A stretch of 64,000 nucleotides of DNA. Origin: Octopus sinensis. Its lineage: Eukaryota. Numbering within the stretch: position 1 is the first letter of the stretch; each line of letters opens with the position of its first letter. The position numbers and the translations under genes were made by a program. A model generated the notes under the pieces. It was not told the DNA's origin. It made no database searches and was given only the letters and a program-made list of their open reading frames with translations. This document shows, piece by piece, positions 49,324 through 61,483 of this stretch. Location of the stretch: contig NC_042998.1 in the NCBI RefSeq assembly GCF_006345805.1, positions 3,038,001-3,102,000 of the forward strand. Direction: 5' to 3'.

Positions 49324-49705
49324 GTGTGGCTGTGTGGTAAGAAGCTTGCTTACCAACCACAGGGTTCCTGGTTCAATCCCACTGCGCGGCACCTTGGGCA
49401 AGTGTCTTCTAGTATAGCCTCAGGCCAACCAAAGCCTTGTGAGTGGATTTGGTAGACGGAAACTGAAAGAAGCCCATTGCATACATGTATATATATATAT
49501 ATATGTCTGTGTGTGTCTGTGTTTGTCCCCCCAACATCGCTTGACAACCGATGCTGGTGTGTTTACGTCCCCATAACTTAGCAGTTCAGCAAAAGAGACC
49601 GGTAGAATAAGTAGTAGGCTTACAAAGAATAAGTCCTGGGGTTGATTTGCTTGACTAAAGGCAGTGCTCCAGCATGGCCACAGTCAAATGACAGGAACAA
49701 GTAAA
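49324..49705 (+). mobile_element. Family B SINE, near consensus, intact Pol III boxes
   Basis: A box TGGCTGTGTGGT, B box GGTTCAATCCC, full body and tail. Confidence 0.93.
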
Positions 49706-51148
49706 AGAGATAATGTTTTCCATGGAAAAGACACAAAGCCACTGCAGCCAGGCAACAGTGACGTTCCAGATGGTGCCTTCAGAAGGCAGGGAGAACTGAT
49801 ACAAATATCCCAAGGCATCTCATCTGACTCCTTAATTCTGTGGATTCATTAATCAAGACCCGTATTACTTTTATTTATTTATTTATTTTTATTGTGTTAA
49901 ACCCCAAAACATGAAAGATGAAGTTGACCTCAGCAGAGAATATAACTCCAGGGGTCAGAGAATTGGAACAAATACTGCAAAACATTCTATCTGACCCCTA
50001 ACAATGCTGTTATTTTTCTACCTTAATAATATATGTATTCAGGAATAGAGTACCTATTTCAATTATAGGTCAAATCAATCAAAATAGGCCAATTAAAACA
50101 TAAAAGGTGAGGTAAATAGGCTGAAAAAATTCCCCTGGGAAGTTTAAACATATGTCAAACGATAATTGATTTTTTATGGCTTGTTTTTTGTTTAGAAGAG
50201 AGTTACTTATTTTATTTTTATAACAAATCAATTAGAAATAAGCAGTAATATTGATATAAATAGCTTTACATTAAAATACAAGTAAATAAAACTGCTTTGA
50301 TTCAAAAACATAAAAGAATAATGGCTTGATAAATTACTAAGTGCCATTAGGGACGGGTCAGTGATCTGTTGGGGTTTCTTTCATCATTATATAAATAAAT
50401 CACATTGAGGATACTGTCTTCTGATCCCCTTCAGAAAGAGAAATTGAACCTCAAGCCATCAAAGTAGCCTCTATGTGCTTGCTAAAAACAGAAGCTAAAT
50501 TTCATGTTGCTATCTTAAAAAGGATGATATCTAAGATGAGGTTGGATAATGTAGTATTGGATACACAATGTCCTTAAAAATTGAAAAGGCAAACAAATGG
50601 GATGGTCATGACTGGAACAGTTTCGATCATAGGTTTACCCAATTAGGTTTGACCTTTACAAGACATTAACAATTGGTTGTCAATTGGCAGAGTCATTAGA
50701 ACATCAGACAAAATACCTTGTGGTATTTATTCTAAGTTCTGGATTCAAATTTTACCTGAGATCAACTTTGTCTTTCATCCTTCCTGAGTCAAAAAGCAAA
50801 ATACCAGCCTAGAGTAGTCAACTGATGGAAATGTTAGTGCATCAGACAGCATACCTTGCAGTATTTGTTCTAGATCCTTATATTCTGAGTTCAAATCCCA
50901 TCAAAGATTACTTGGGTGATGGACTTAACCCATTGCCCTGTTGAACACTACTGAGTCTCACACCATGGCTGCCTTAGTTAGGTTAGCAGAGTCTACTCTG
51001 TTGCAAGCATTCAGTCCAGGTTCCCAATTTGAGGATATCTTCCTCTCCTTCCCATCCCCTAGTCTCAAAGGCCCTGTGATGGGTCATAGGCACTGCCTTC
51101 TCTCCCCACAAAAAGATGAACAGAAAAAGAAAAAGGATCAAGTCACTT

Positions 51149-51376
51149 ATTTCTTTATTGCTCACAAGGGGCTAAACGTAGAGGGGACAAACAAGGACAG
51201 ACAAAGGGATTAAGTCGATTACATCAACCCCAGTGTGTAACTGGTATGTAATTTATTGACCCCGAAAGGATGAAAGGCAAAGTTGACCTTGGCAGAATTT
51301 GAACTCAGAATGTAGCGGTAGACGAAATGCCACTAAGCATTTCACTTGACATGCTAACGTTTCTGCCAGCTCGCCA
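51149..51376 (-). mobile_element. Family C1 SINE with 10-bp TSD
   Basis: caagtcactt at 51139-51148 and 51377-51386. Confidence 0.92.
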
Positions 51377-51648
51377 CAAGTCACTTGCCAGACAAGTACA
51401 ACTCCAAAAACAACATTCACTGTTAAGATAAAAGGAGAGAATAGAGTTAAATAGTAGGTTGGTAAAGGAGAGGCACATCAGAAAGAGGATTTCTGCCAAC
51501 AATCTCCTGTTTTGGTGACAGAAACTAAGGTACTACTTATAAATATAGCAGTAATACCCCAAGCTTTTCAATGAAAGTTCATTTTAGTACTTAGTAATGT
51601 ATCAAAATGCAATGTTAGCATGTCATGCTAGCAGGCCTTTAGATTTAA

Positions 51649-51856
51649 CCCTTTAGCATGTCCAGCCAAATATTCTGCCTGTTTTATATGAAAACCAGCC
51701 AGATCCAGCCTCTCATGCTCACCCAACAATGTCATTCTAGAAATAAGCAATCACATTAACGAAATCACAAAGCTATGAGATAATGCAGGATTAATTCAAG
51801 ACAAAGTGAATAAATAAGTATTACAATTGACAGAAAGAAATCTGAATGTTAAAGGG
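51649..51856. mobile_element. piggyBac-type MITE P1
   Basis: TTAA-ccctttagcatg...aatgttaaaggg-TTGA. Confidence 0.8.
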
Positions 51857-51893
51857 TTGATAAGTGTTCCAGTTGTTTAAATTATGTGATTAA

Positions 51894-52284
51894 TCTCTCT
51901 CTATATAAAGCTGAAGTTGTCTGTGTGGCAGGTTTGGTAGCCTTCAACTAACACTATCTCCTCCGAGACCCTGTGGCGAAAGTTGACCAAAATTGAGAGT
52001 ATGATAGAAGAAGGCTTGCTCTTCATTCTTTAGAAGATAAAATTAAAATTGGACCATGTTAAAACCAAAAATTATTTACATTAAAAAAATGCTTTTCTTT
52101 CTATGAAAATCCCTATTTTTTACGATTGTTTTACTGCTTTGTCGCCATTTTTCGGTGTATTTCAACCAGAAAAATGTTCACTTAAAGAGAATAACAAGCT
52201 ACATGATGCAAAATTTTCACTTTTCAAAAATTCCAATTCTAAAGGGTTGAAACAAACCCGAGCAATGCCGGGCGATACTGCTAG
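51894..52284 (+). mobile_element. Non-autonomous Helitron
   Basis: 5' A|TC start (tctctctctatataaagctgaagttgtctgtgtg), 3' hairpin cccgagcaatgccggg 8 nt before CTAG|T, no TSD. Confidence 0.8.
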
Positions 52285-53014
52285 TTTAATATATTTCTGT
52301 TTTACCTTCCAGCTATATCTGGTAAAACTAGTGTGGTTTGGAAACAGGACTATAAATTTGAAACATTGTTGAACAAATATTACCTATATCTTGTCAAACA
52401 ACATGCTTGAAATAGCAGCCAAATCTCTTGTGAACTACCCCATACTATTTTAAAAAAGGAAGAACACATTGGGTGATATAGTTCTAGATAACTCTAAAAA
52501 GATGGTGTGATCACAACAACAGTACCTTTGATCATAGGCCTTCTCAATCGAGGTTAACCCGGGGCTAAACAACAACAGATTTAGTCCTAAAATAGTTATA
52601 ACAAGACAAACAAGTGAATGTCTAACACAGGCTTTTTGTTTATTCAGCAGCTAAGTCTCCCTTTAAGCAAATCGCTCTTGATTCAAAGTTGGGACTCTAT
52701 GTTCAAACAATTCCTGGGACAACATTCCAACACAGCTGAAGAAGCCAACAATAGGATGTATTACAATGAAAACATATCACAGATTTAAGGGGCCTGGTAA
52801 TTTGTGGGTGGTAGAATAACAATCTAAGCTATTTGATTAAAGAGGTTTTCGGTAAGAAACTGCTTTGAGTTGAAATTCTACAAAACTGACTCAAGTTTCC
52901 ATACTTTCACTATCAGCATGCAGAACTAATTGCAAAAAGAAACCTTAGCATGCTTAGACTTCGGATTTTTGTGAGTGGTTGGTATAAATATAAAAAAAAG
53001 TTAAGTAAAGCTGT

Positions 53015-53197
53015 AGGAGTGGCTGTGTAGTAAGTTGTTGGTGTGTTTACATTCCCGTAACTTGGTGGTTCAGCAAAAGGAGACCAATAGAATAAGTACT
53101 AGGCTTGCAAAGAATAAGTCCAGGGGTCGATTTGCTCGACTAAAGGCGGTGCTCCAGCATGGCCACAGTGAAATGACTGAAACAAGTAAAAGAGTAA
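53015..53197 (+). mobile_element. Family B SINE with internal deletion
   Basis: gtaggagtggctgtgtagtaag joined directly to the tail region. Confidence 0.8.
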
Positions 53198-54320
53198 GAC
53201 AAAAGAACAGGTCTTTTACTACTTCTGCTTCCTTCACATTATGAAAAGAATACATTTACCGTTTTCTGACTTTAGACAGTATGACTGTGAGCCAATTGGT
53301 TAGGTTTACTGGTAGAATCATAATCATCATCATCACCCTCATCATTTAACATCCAATTTTCCATGCTTGCATGAGTCAGACGGAATTTGTTGGAGTAGAA
53401 TTTCTACAGCCAGCTGCCCTTCCTGCCACCAACCCTCACCTCTTTCACCAGGATTTTCACACAAGACTGACAGGGATGCTTATTTGCCACAACCATGTGA
53501 TGTCAAGATAAGAGCACACACACACAAAGCTAGTTTCCTACAGTTTCCATCCACCAAATGTATTCACAAGGCCTTGGTCAGCCTGGCACTGCAGAAAAAG
53601 GAAGGAAAGAAGGGGGAAGGGAGGAGGACGGAGGAAGAAAGAAAAAGAAAGAAAGATATATAGATGTTTATTAGCCACACAGGGCTGAATACAGAGGGGA
53701 CAAAATACAAAGTAGAGCTTTTCTTTTTGGGAAGAAAAAAGGGGGGATAGGTAGGTAGAGAGAGAGAGAAAGAGATACACTCACACACACGTGTGTGTGT
53801 ATGTGTGTGTGTGTAAAACTTTATTTTGATTTATACATGAAGTAACAAAAAAATAGATCAATCCTATTTGAAGCCAACTATATAAATCAGAAACTATAAA
53901 TTGATAAGATTAAACTGTTGGTAAATACATTTGGCTTAAATATAGTCCAACTGATGCCAGCATGAAAAACAGATATTAAATGATGATCGCTGTGACAAGA
54001 CCAATACTAATTGCTATCGAGTAGTATTCTATTGCTAACATACCAATATTTGGAACCTAAAATACTTTTATGTTTGGAGCATTCTAGGTTTAGTGCTCTG
54101 CAACTGGTGCACTGCAGCACACTGGTGCACCATGAGATGATGCTAGGTGTGCTGCACTGTAACCTCAAAATAATTTTTTCCCTATGCTTTTAGTTATATT
54201 TTTAGTTCAAGTACGCTGCCGGATTTTGAAAAGAATATAAGTGTACCGCAAGTGGAAAAAGGTAGCAGAGCACTGTTCTAGAGCACTTCTTCAACTATAT
54301 ATTTTTGGATTTCCTGTTTA

Positions 54321-54517
54321 AGCCTTACCATTTAAACCAGCAACATCTGGTCCTAATAGTCTACCTGTTTTATGTTCAAACTAACCAAGATCCTACCCTA
54401 CAATGTCAGTCTGAAAATGAACAATCACATCATTGGAATTTAAAAGCTACAAGTTAATAGATAATTCAAAACAATTTGAACAAATAAGCATTACCTTTGA
54501 CAGGTAATGCTAAAGAG
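54321..54517. mobile_element. MITE P1, diverged
   Basis: Body similarity; ends aatgctaaagag-TTAA. Confidence 0.7.
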
Positions 54518-54546
54518 TTAAACTGTGTGAGGATACATTCTTTTGG

Positions 54547-55085
54547 GGAGGCACATGGCTTAGTGGTTAGGATAATTGACTCACAATCATATGGTTGTGA
54601 GTTCAATTCCTAGCAGGAACGTTAGCACGCCGGGCGAAATGCATAGCCGTATTTCGTCTGCCGTTACGTTTTAAGTTCAAATTCCGCCAGGGTCAACTTT
54701 GCCTTTCATCCTCTTGGGGGTCGATAAATTAAGTACCAGTTACGCACTGGGTTGATGTAATCAACTTAATCCCTTTGTCTGTCCTTTTTTGTTCCCTCTA
54801 TGTTTAGCCCCTTGTGGGGAATAAAGAAATAAGAAGCGTTAGCACTCTTTCTCTACTGGCAATAAAACAAGACACTTTATTTCACGTTGCTCCAGTCCAC
54901 TCAGCTGGCAAAAATGAGTTGTAGCTGTATTTCAAAGAAGCAACCTTATCACATTCTGTGTCATGCTGAATCTCCCTGAGAACTACGTTAAGGGTACACG
55001 TGTGTCTGCAGAGCGCTCAGCCACTTGCATGATAATTTCACAAACAGGATGTCCCATTGATCAGATCAACTAGAACCCTCATCGT
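54547..55085 (+). mobile_element. Family D1 SINE interrupted by a 5'-truncated C1 SINE (about 54617-54833)
   Basis: D head to 54616, C insert, D body resumes at about 54865; cgttagcac duplicated at the junctions. Confidence 0.85.
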
Positions 55086-55625
55086 CTTTTAAAGAAGTTG
55101 TTCACAGGCCCTCCCAATTAGATGAGATTGATGTGAATGATAGCAAACCTAAACATCAGTAGATGGGAAGAAAAGAAGAAACTGGGATAATGCTGTAGAA
55201 ATGAAGAAGAAATTACAACGAATGTGGCTAAGATATCAACAAAGATAATGATGGTGGTGGTGGTGGCAGCAGTGGTGAGGGTGGGACGAATCCCTTAGGA
55301 ACATGGTTTAATGGTTAGAGTGTTGGACTCGTGATCGTAAGATTGTGGTTTTGATTCCTGGACCAGGCAATGTGTTGTGTTCTTGAGCAAAGCACTTCAT
55401 CTCACAATGCAACAGTCCACTGAGCTGGCAAAAATGAGTCATCCTGCAACAGACTGGCATCCCGTCCAGGGAGGAAAGTGTATAAACCAAAGACACCAGG
55501 ATACTAGGCTCCTTATGGAATAATGTGGACTGTATACCGTACGTCTTTACGTCTAACAACACAATGTTACAATCTGATTATACTACGTTCATCCTCACGT
55601 ATGTCTAATTTTAAATATACACATA

Positions 55626-55627
55626 TC

Positions 55628-55680
<53 letters not shown>
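55626..55680. repeat. (CA)n microsatellite
   Basis: Direct inspection. Confidence 0.95.
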
Positions 55681-55683
<3 letters not shown>

Positions 55684-55694
55684 AAGCTAAGATT

Positions 55695-55850
55695 GATTAA
55701 AGGTAGGTTTGGAGAGATAGTAGAAATGCTAGAGGGATGTTGAGAGTAACTGATGTTTGTTGTATACAAGAGATAAAATCAAGGGAAGTTTCAGCTAGGT
55801 TCCTCACAGAGAGGTTACACAAATATAAATTCTTCAATGTGGATAACAGA
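55695..55850 (+). mobile_element. RTE-clade LINE AP-endonuclease N-terminal remnant
   Basis: KGRFGEIVEML and DVCCIQEIKSREVSARFLT..HKYKFF across one frameshift. Confidence 0.7.
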
Positions 55851-56210
55851 GCTGAAGTAAAAGAATTGGCATATTAATGGTAGAAAACCTTTAATTTCAA
55901 CAGTGTTTTAATATGTCTAGCAATTACGTCACTGGGTATGAATAAGTCAGATACGTTGCCCTTCTCATGTTATTTAAATACATTTTAACTGGAGTCCCAA
56001 AAATTATGAGTAAGGTACATAACTCTTCTGGTTGCCTCATTAATGGAAACAGGCTCCATTCCTAATTCACAGCTGAATGCCCTGCTGTAGAGACGATTGT
56101 TTAAACAAAAGCTCTTCTACTATTCCACCCTTGTTAGTTTTAGAAATGAATGTAAAGCAGAAGGGGAAAAAATCATTACATGCAAATTTTTCTATGTATT
56201 TCATCTATTT

Positions 56211-56213
<3 letters not shown>

Positions 56214-56265
<52 letters not shown>
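56214..56265. repeat. (TA)n microsatellite
   Basis: Direct inspection. Confidence 0.95.
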
Positions 56266-56270
<5 letters not shown>

Positions 56271-56290
56271 TTCCTGCTTTACATTCATTT

Positions 56291-56608
56291 CTGGCCTCCG
56301 TGCCAGTGGCACGTAAAAAGCACCATCCGTTCGTGTCCGTTGCCAGCCTCGCCTGGCCCCCGTGCTGGTGGCACGTAGCACCATCCATTCGTGGCCGTTT
56401 GCCAGCTCCGTCTGGCACCTGTGCGGGTGGCACGTAAAAAGCACCCACTACACTCACGCAGTGGTTGGCGTTAGGAAGGGCATCCAGCCGTAGAAACACC
56501 TCCAGATCAGACTGGGCCTGATGTAGCCTTCTGGCTTCCCAGACCCCAGTTGAACCGTCCAACCCATGCTAGCTTGGAGAACGGATGCTAAACGATGATG
56601 ATGATGAT
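56291..56608 (+). mobile_element. Family A retroposon with hairpin modules, CpG-rich
   Basis: Three gtgc..tggcac heads, conserved 3' end, (GAT)n. Confidence 0.92.
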
Positions 56609-57019
56609 ATATATATATATATATCAATAGTTCATATATCCCAAAAAGGAGAACATTCTAAAACATTAGTGTAGTATATTTATAGAAGGCTGATTGTTAT
56701 GAATGGGTTTCACACCAATGGTCACTCCCTGACCAGCCACAACAATCAACCTTATATATATATATATATATACACCACACACACACAGAAACTGTTTTTC
56801 TTAATAATTACAGTTCATTATTACCATAGCATAATTATACAATATGAACAGACAGACCCACACACAGAGTTTCCAAGTGGAAACATCTGGCTGTGGGTGT
56901 GAAGCCCTCTACTGTCATCCAGAAATTGCAACAACTCTCCTCTTTTCAGATGCAGAAAATAGACATCAAACAAATCAAATACCACCAAAACCTCTCTTCT
57001 CCCCGTCAGCTACAAAGAC

Positions 57020-57720
57020 TAAGCATGATGAAAGGTAAGTCTGGAGAGATTGTAGAAACACTAGGGGGGTGTTTGGGGGGTGGGGGCCAGTTGATGTTTG
57101 CAGTGTAGAAGAGAACGGGTGAGGAGGGGAGGGCACCCTCAGCCAGATTCCTCACAAGTAAGGTACATAAGCACAAATTATTCAGTGCGGATAACTGTGG
57201 TGGAGTTGAAAGAGTTGACATATTAATGGAAGAAAAATGAATAAAATAATTAGGGTTGTCAGAATATGTGACAGAATAATTAGGCTTAGTCTAGTCACAG
57301 ACAACAACAACAACAACAGCGATTTTTGCTTATGCACCAAATCAGGGGTGAGACAAGCAAAGAGACTGTTTCTAGAAGACCTTCTTTCAGACTACCTAAA
57401 TAACAGACAACGGTGACTTAGTTTTTAATCACAGCTGGTAACTGTACTGAACATGTTGGGCAACACCATGATAGCTACTCTAACATGCATAGGGGCAATG
57501 TGTATGGTACAAGGACTATAGAGAAGGATCAAGGCTTTTAGAGTTCTGTAATGCAAATTAACTATTTGCAATACTATCATTGAATGACCATTCAAATGGA
57601 CAAGCAAGTCAAAGATTTTGTAATAGAAGAATCAAATCCAAGTTGGAATTCAGACACGTTGTCCCTAGTAAAGTGTGTACTTCTCAATATATAGTAGTGG
57701 TTAAAGACATCAACTAGAAT
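57020..57720 (+). mobile_element. RTE-clade LINE AP-endonuclease remnant
   Basis: Frameshifted KGKSGEIVETL, VDVC, ARFLT, RVVRICDRIIRLSLV, AYAP, HVGQH, RLLEFCNAN, TICNT in RTE endonuclease order. Confidence 0.8.
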
Positions 57721-58316
57721 GGGAACCAGAGGGACCCAAAGACAAAAGGGAATCTTTACATGAAAAAGTATAAAAGTTGAACATTGCTTCAGCCAGACAC
57801 AGTTTCAAAGAAATAGAGAGAGAGATCATCATCATCTCATCATCGTCATCAATTAACATCTGTTTTCAATGCTGGCCTGGGTTGAACAGCTCAACAGGAT
57901 CTAGCAGGCTACGGGCTTCACCAGGTTCCATAATTTGTTTTAGCTTGCTTTCTATGGCTTGAAAGTGACTTACTTTCTGCTACTTATGAAAGTAACAGAA
58001 AGAGTTATAGTACAACATATTAAGAAGATTACCTTAGCTAAAATACAGTGTGGATTTGTGCTGAGTACCTTCTTTCTGGTTTGACAACCGTTGGAAGTGT
58101 TTTTAGCAAAAAGCTAGCCACTCTGCCTGACAACCACTGACCTGGGAAATCTACTGACAGGGGACTGAACTCTGTAGTGAGTCACTAAAAAGTTCATTTG
58201 AATGAATGGCTTGTGGAAGTGTGAAACTCTTTGACAGTGAAAACATGAACACTGAATGCAAACGATGGGCAAAGGCTGAAAAGGAATGAGATACACTGAA
58301 TATTTAATGTTAGTCT

Positions 58317-58416
58317 NNNNNNNNNNNNNNNNNNNNNNNNNNNNNNNNNNNNNNNNNNNNNNNNNNNNNNNNNNNNNNNNNNNNNNNNNNNNNNNNNNNN
58401 NNNNNNNNNNNNNNNN
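58317..58416. other. Assembly gap (100 N)
   Basis: Run of exactly 100 N. Confidence 0.99.
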
Positions 58417-58559
58417 AAACATAAAACTAAGTAAATAAAATGATATTGCAAAATTCCGGTTTCTTTTGGATACCCTCTCGTATATGTATATAGTTAAAAA
58501 GATGGATAGTGAGGAGTAGAGATATAGAGATTTGAATTGTCTTAAGTGAAATAAAAAAG

Positions 58560-58568
58560 GATTACGAG

Positions 58569-58608
<40 letters not shown>

Positions 58609-58665
58609 GGAGAGGGAGAAAGAGAGAGAGAGAGAGAGGGAGAGGGAGAAAGAGAGAGAGAGAAG
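58560..58665. repeat. (GAAA)n/(GA)n compound repeat
   Basis: Direct inspection. Confidence 0.95.
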
Positions 58666-58752
58666 CTTCGTGAGTATACTGTAGAGTTCGAGGTTACTAT
58701 TATTCAAAATTACTCAAACACTGTTGGAGTATCAGAACTATCATTTTGTTGC

Positions 58753-58919
58753 TAGTGTTTACTTGTGTATAACTCGCACAGTTTTATGTCTAACTTTAAC
58801 TGGAAAATCTAGAGTGCACCTTATACACGGGGCAAAGCTAAAACTATGATTGGAAAAACTTTTTTACAAAGATTTAACATTAACTTATGTGTGCGACTTA
58901 TACACGAGTAAATGCAGTA
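58753..58919. mobile_element. pogo/Tc2-type MITE
   Basis: TIRs tagtgtttacttgtgtataactcgcaca / tgtgcgacttatacacgagtaaatgcagta, TA ends, internal gtgcaccttatacacg subrepeat. Confidence 0.75.
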
Positions 58920-58924
58920 ACTAG

Positions 58925-59196
58925 AATGTCGCTAGAAGCTAGAATCACCAAGCATAGATTGACATATTTTGGTCATGTTATGCGGAGAAAATCCCTGGAG
59001 AAGGACATCATGCTCGGAATGGTCAGTTGCAAGATAGGAAGAGGCCGACCAAGAACCCGCTGGCTTGACACCATCAAGAGTGACGGGGAATGGCCATAGC
59101 CAATCTGAAAGAAGCGACCCAGGATAGAACTGGCTGGAGGATACTGATCCATCGAGTAATCGAGAGTCGACTTCGACTGAGCGGATAGATAGACAG
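58925..59196 (+). mobile_element. RTE-clade (BovB-like) LINE, 5'-truncated 3' end
   Basis: SLEARITKHRLTYFGHVMRRKSLEKDIMLGMVSCKIGRGRPRTRWLDTIK, frameshift, LKEATQDRTGWRILIHRVIESRLRLSG*, short GATA tail. Confidence 0.92.
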
Positions 59197-59489
59197 AATG
59201 TACGGTGGTAGTTATAGAAGATTCAAAGTCTGATGAAACACACGGTTCTTTAGCAGGGGAATGCCATAATAGAATTCCTCCACATATGTTAGTGCACAGT
59301 TTTCTCTAGGCTGCATACAGTAGTGACACACACGCTTGCAAATAATTTGGAGTTGTTGGATCAAGGAACTTGATAATGTGTGAGATTAAGAAAGATATAT
59401 TTAGAAGTACCGTGTTCATTTCTAATTTATCAATTACAGGCGGGTGTAAGTAGATAATATCTGATAACAAGGTTAACTGATATTCATTT

Positions 59490-59730
59490 TTCATTCAATT
59501 CCCGCTATCTCCACCTGCGGTAGAATGCGCTCTAACACAAGATAGTTGCCTTCATGGCATTCGATTTTTGGCATTAGTGTTCAAGGAAATTGTGTCAAGA
59601 CTTGTCCATGCTGTGATGTTATCTCACCATCTCTAAGGTTTCCAGTTTCTGTTTTTCTTTCCGTTAAGTATGCCTTCCAAACAGATCCCGCTGACGCCAC
59701 CGATAATTCGCCAGGCAGTTTGAGATACTT
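59490..59730 (-). mobile_element. RTE LINE 3' end, decayed, different subfamily
   Basis: CLEGILNGKKNR..P*RW*DNITAWTSL...AKNR matches the RTE C-terminal pattern. Confidence 0.7.
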
Positions 59731-59954
59731 TATTTTATGAGGGCAGAAGTGGTGGGTAGTAATTTGGTTATTTGTCATAGATGTTTAGTTCTGACATGAT
59801 CTGAGGGCTTAGTGTTAGTAACAAGTCGCATTTCATGATTCTGAAAGACTTTCAGCTTCTGCAGTGCAACACAAGTCCAGTTGACATTGTCTAGCCCTTA
59901 TAAAACTACTAGAAAAAACATTGGTGTTGTAGAAAATTGATTTTACGTGGTATA

Positions 59955-60171
59955 CTCTTTTACTCTTTTACTTGTTTCAGTCATTTTGACTGTGTCCATG
60001 CTGGAGCATCGCCTTTAGTCGACCAAATGGACCCCAGGACTTATTCTTTGTAAGCCTAGTACTTATTCTATCGGTCCCTTTTGCCGAACCGCTAAGTTAC
60101 GGGGACGTAAACACACCAGCATCGGTTGTCAAGCGATGTCGGGGGGATAAACACAGACACACAAACACACA

Positions 60172-60218
<47 letters not shown>

Positions 60219-60400
60219 CACATATATATATACATATATACGACAGGCTTCTTTCAGTTTCCCTCTACCAAATCCACTCACAAGGCTTTGGTCGGCCCGA
60301 GGCTATAGTAGAAGACACTTGCCCAAAGTTCCATGCAGTGGGACTGAACCCGGAACCATGTGGTTCGTAAGCAAGCTACTTACCACACAGCCACTCCCAC
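59955..60400 (-). mobile_element. Family B SINE, near consensus, with expanded (CA)n
   Basis: Full tail, body and head. Confidence 0.93.
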
Positions 60401-60409
60401 TCCTACGTG

Positions 60410-60835
60410 GTATGGTATCCGATTTGAAGTAAGTGCAATTTTGTTCTGATCAAAGGCTACCCAATCAAATCCAACTCTCTGGTTCACAGCTATCTTTCCA
60501 TCGTTATTTGAGTTTGTGTCCAAGGTAGGTGAATTCAGAAACTTACTTCACTGGTTTTGACATATATTGTAAGGTTGAAGTCCGGATTAGGTTTGTCTGT
60601 TGTCATGCATTCTGTATTTGGTATATTGATAGAAAGTCCTATGATTTGTTGCGATCGTTTTATAGCAGCCAAATGGTACAAGCGTCGATTTAAGCTTCTG
60701 GCTTAATGATGGCAACAAACAATTGATTATGATGGGATACATTTTGATGACTTGACGCTTTACGTAGGTAATTTTTTGGACATATTGATCAAAATATTAG
60801 ATAAAGCTTGAAATACAAAACGTCTTTTGATCCTG
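60410..60835 (-). mobile_element. RTE LINE reverse-transcriptase remnant
   Basis: IIGLSINIPNTECMT, VSEFTYLG, RVGFDWVAF resemble GL.IN..KTK.M / V.EF.YLG / RI..GW.AF. Confidence 0.75.
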
Positions 60836-60837
60836 GT

Positions 60838-61116
60838 ATGTTTGTATGTATGTATGTATGTATGCATGTATGTATGTATGTGTGTATGCATGTGTTTATG
60901 TATGTGTGTATGTATGTATGTATGTATGTATGTATGTATGTATGTATGTATGTGTGTATGTATGTATGTATGTATGTATGTATGTATGTGTGTATGTATG
61001 TATGTATGTATGTATGTATTTATGTATGTATGTTTGTATGTATGTTTGTATGTATGCATGCATGTATGTATGTATGTATGTATGTATGTATGTATGTATG
61101 TATGTATGTATGTATG

Positions 61117-61180
<64 letters not shown>

Positions 61181-61226
61181 TGTATGTATGTATGTATGTA
61201 TGTATATATGTATGTATGTATGTATG

Positions 61227-61260
<34 letters not shown>

Positions 61261-61262
61261 TG

Positions 61263-61296
<34 letters not shown>

Positions 61297-61480
61297 TGTA
61301 TGTATGTATGTATGTATGTATGTATGTATGTATGTATATATTATGTCTGATGTATGTATGTATGTATGTAGTATGTATGTATGTATTTATGTATGTATGT
61401 ATGTATGTATGTATGTATGCATGTATGTATGCATGTATGTATGTATGTATGTATGTATGCATGCATGTATGTATGTATGT
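60838..61480. repeat. About 640-bp (TGTA)n microsatellite
   Basis: Direct inspection. Confidence 0.98.
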
Positions 61481-61483
61481 AAG

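Noticed and set aside
49324-49400. tRNA gene
   Set aside because: A and B boxes present but no cloverleaf, and it continues into the SINE body; same for other SINE heads
50345-50385. GSVICWGFF, resembling the Tc1 GSVM.WG.F motif
   Set aside because: Nine residues with no flanking transposase similarity or TIRs
52733-52780. CTGAAGAAGCC...GAAAAC hammerhead-like string
   Set aside because: No stem II complement and no stem III/NUH
56950-57034. Plus-strand exon with strong acceptor and AAG|GTAAGT donor
   Set aside because: The donor falls within the KGKSGEIVE codons of the RTE endonuclease remnant
57063-57086. G-quadruplex candidate
   Set aside because: Only three separate G runs, inside a decayed RTE fragment; no support for function
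58114-58707. 197-aa ORF
   Set aside because: Runs through (CT)n repeats and the 100-N gap
60547-60701. 51-codon minus-strand exon with GTAAGT donor
   Set aside because: The peptide continues into V.EFTYLG and is RTE reverse transcriptase
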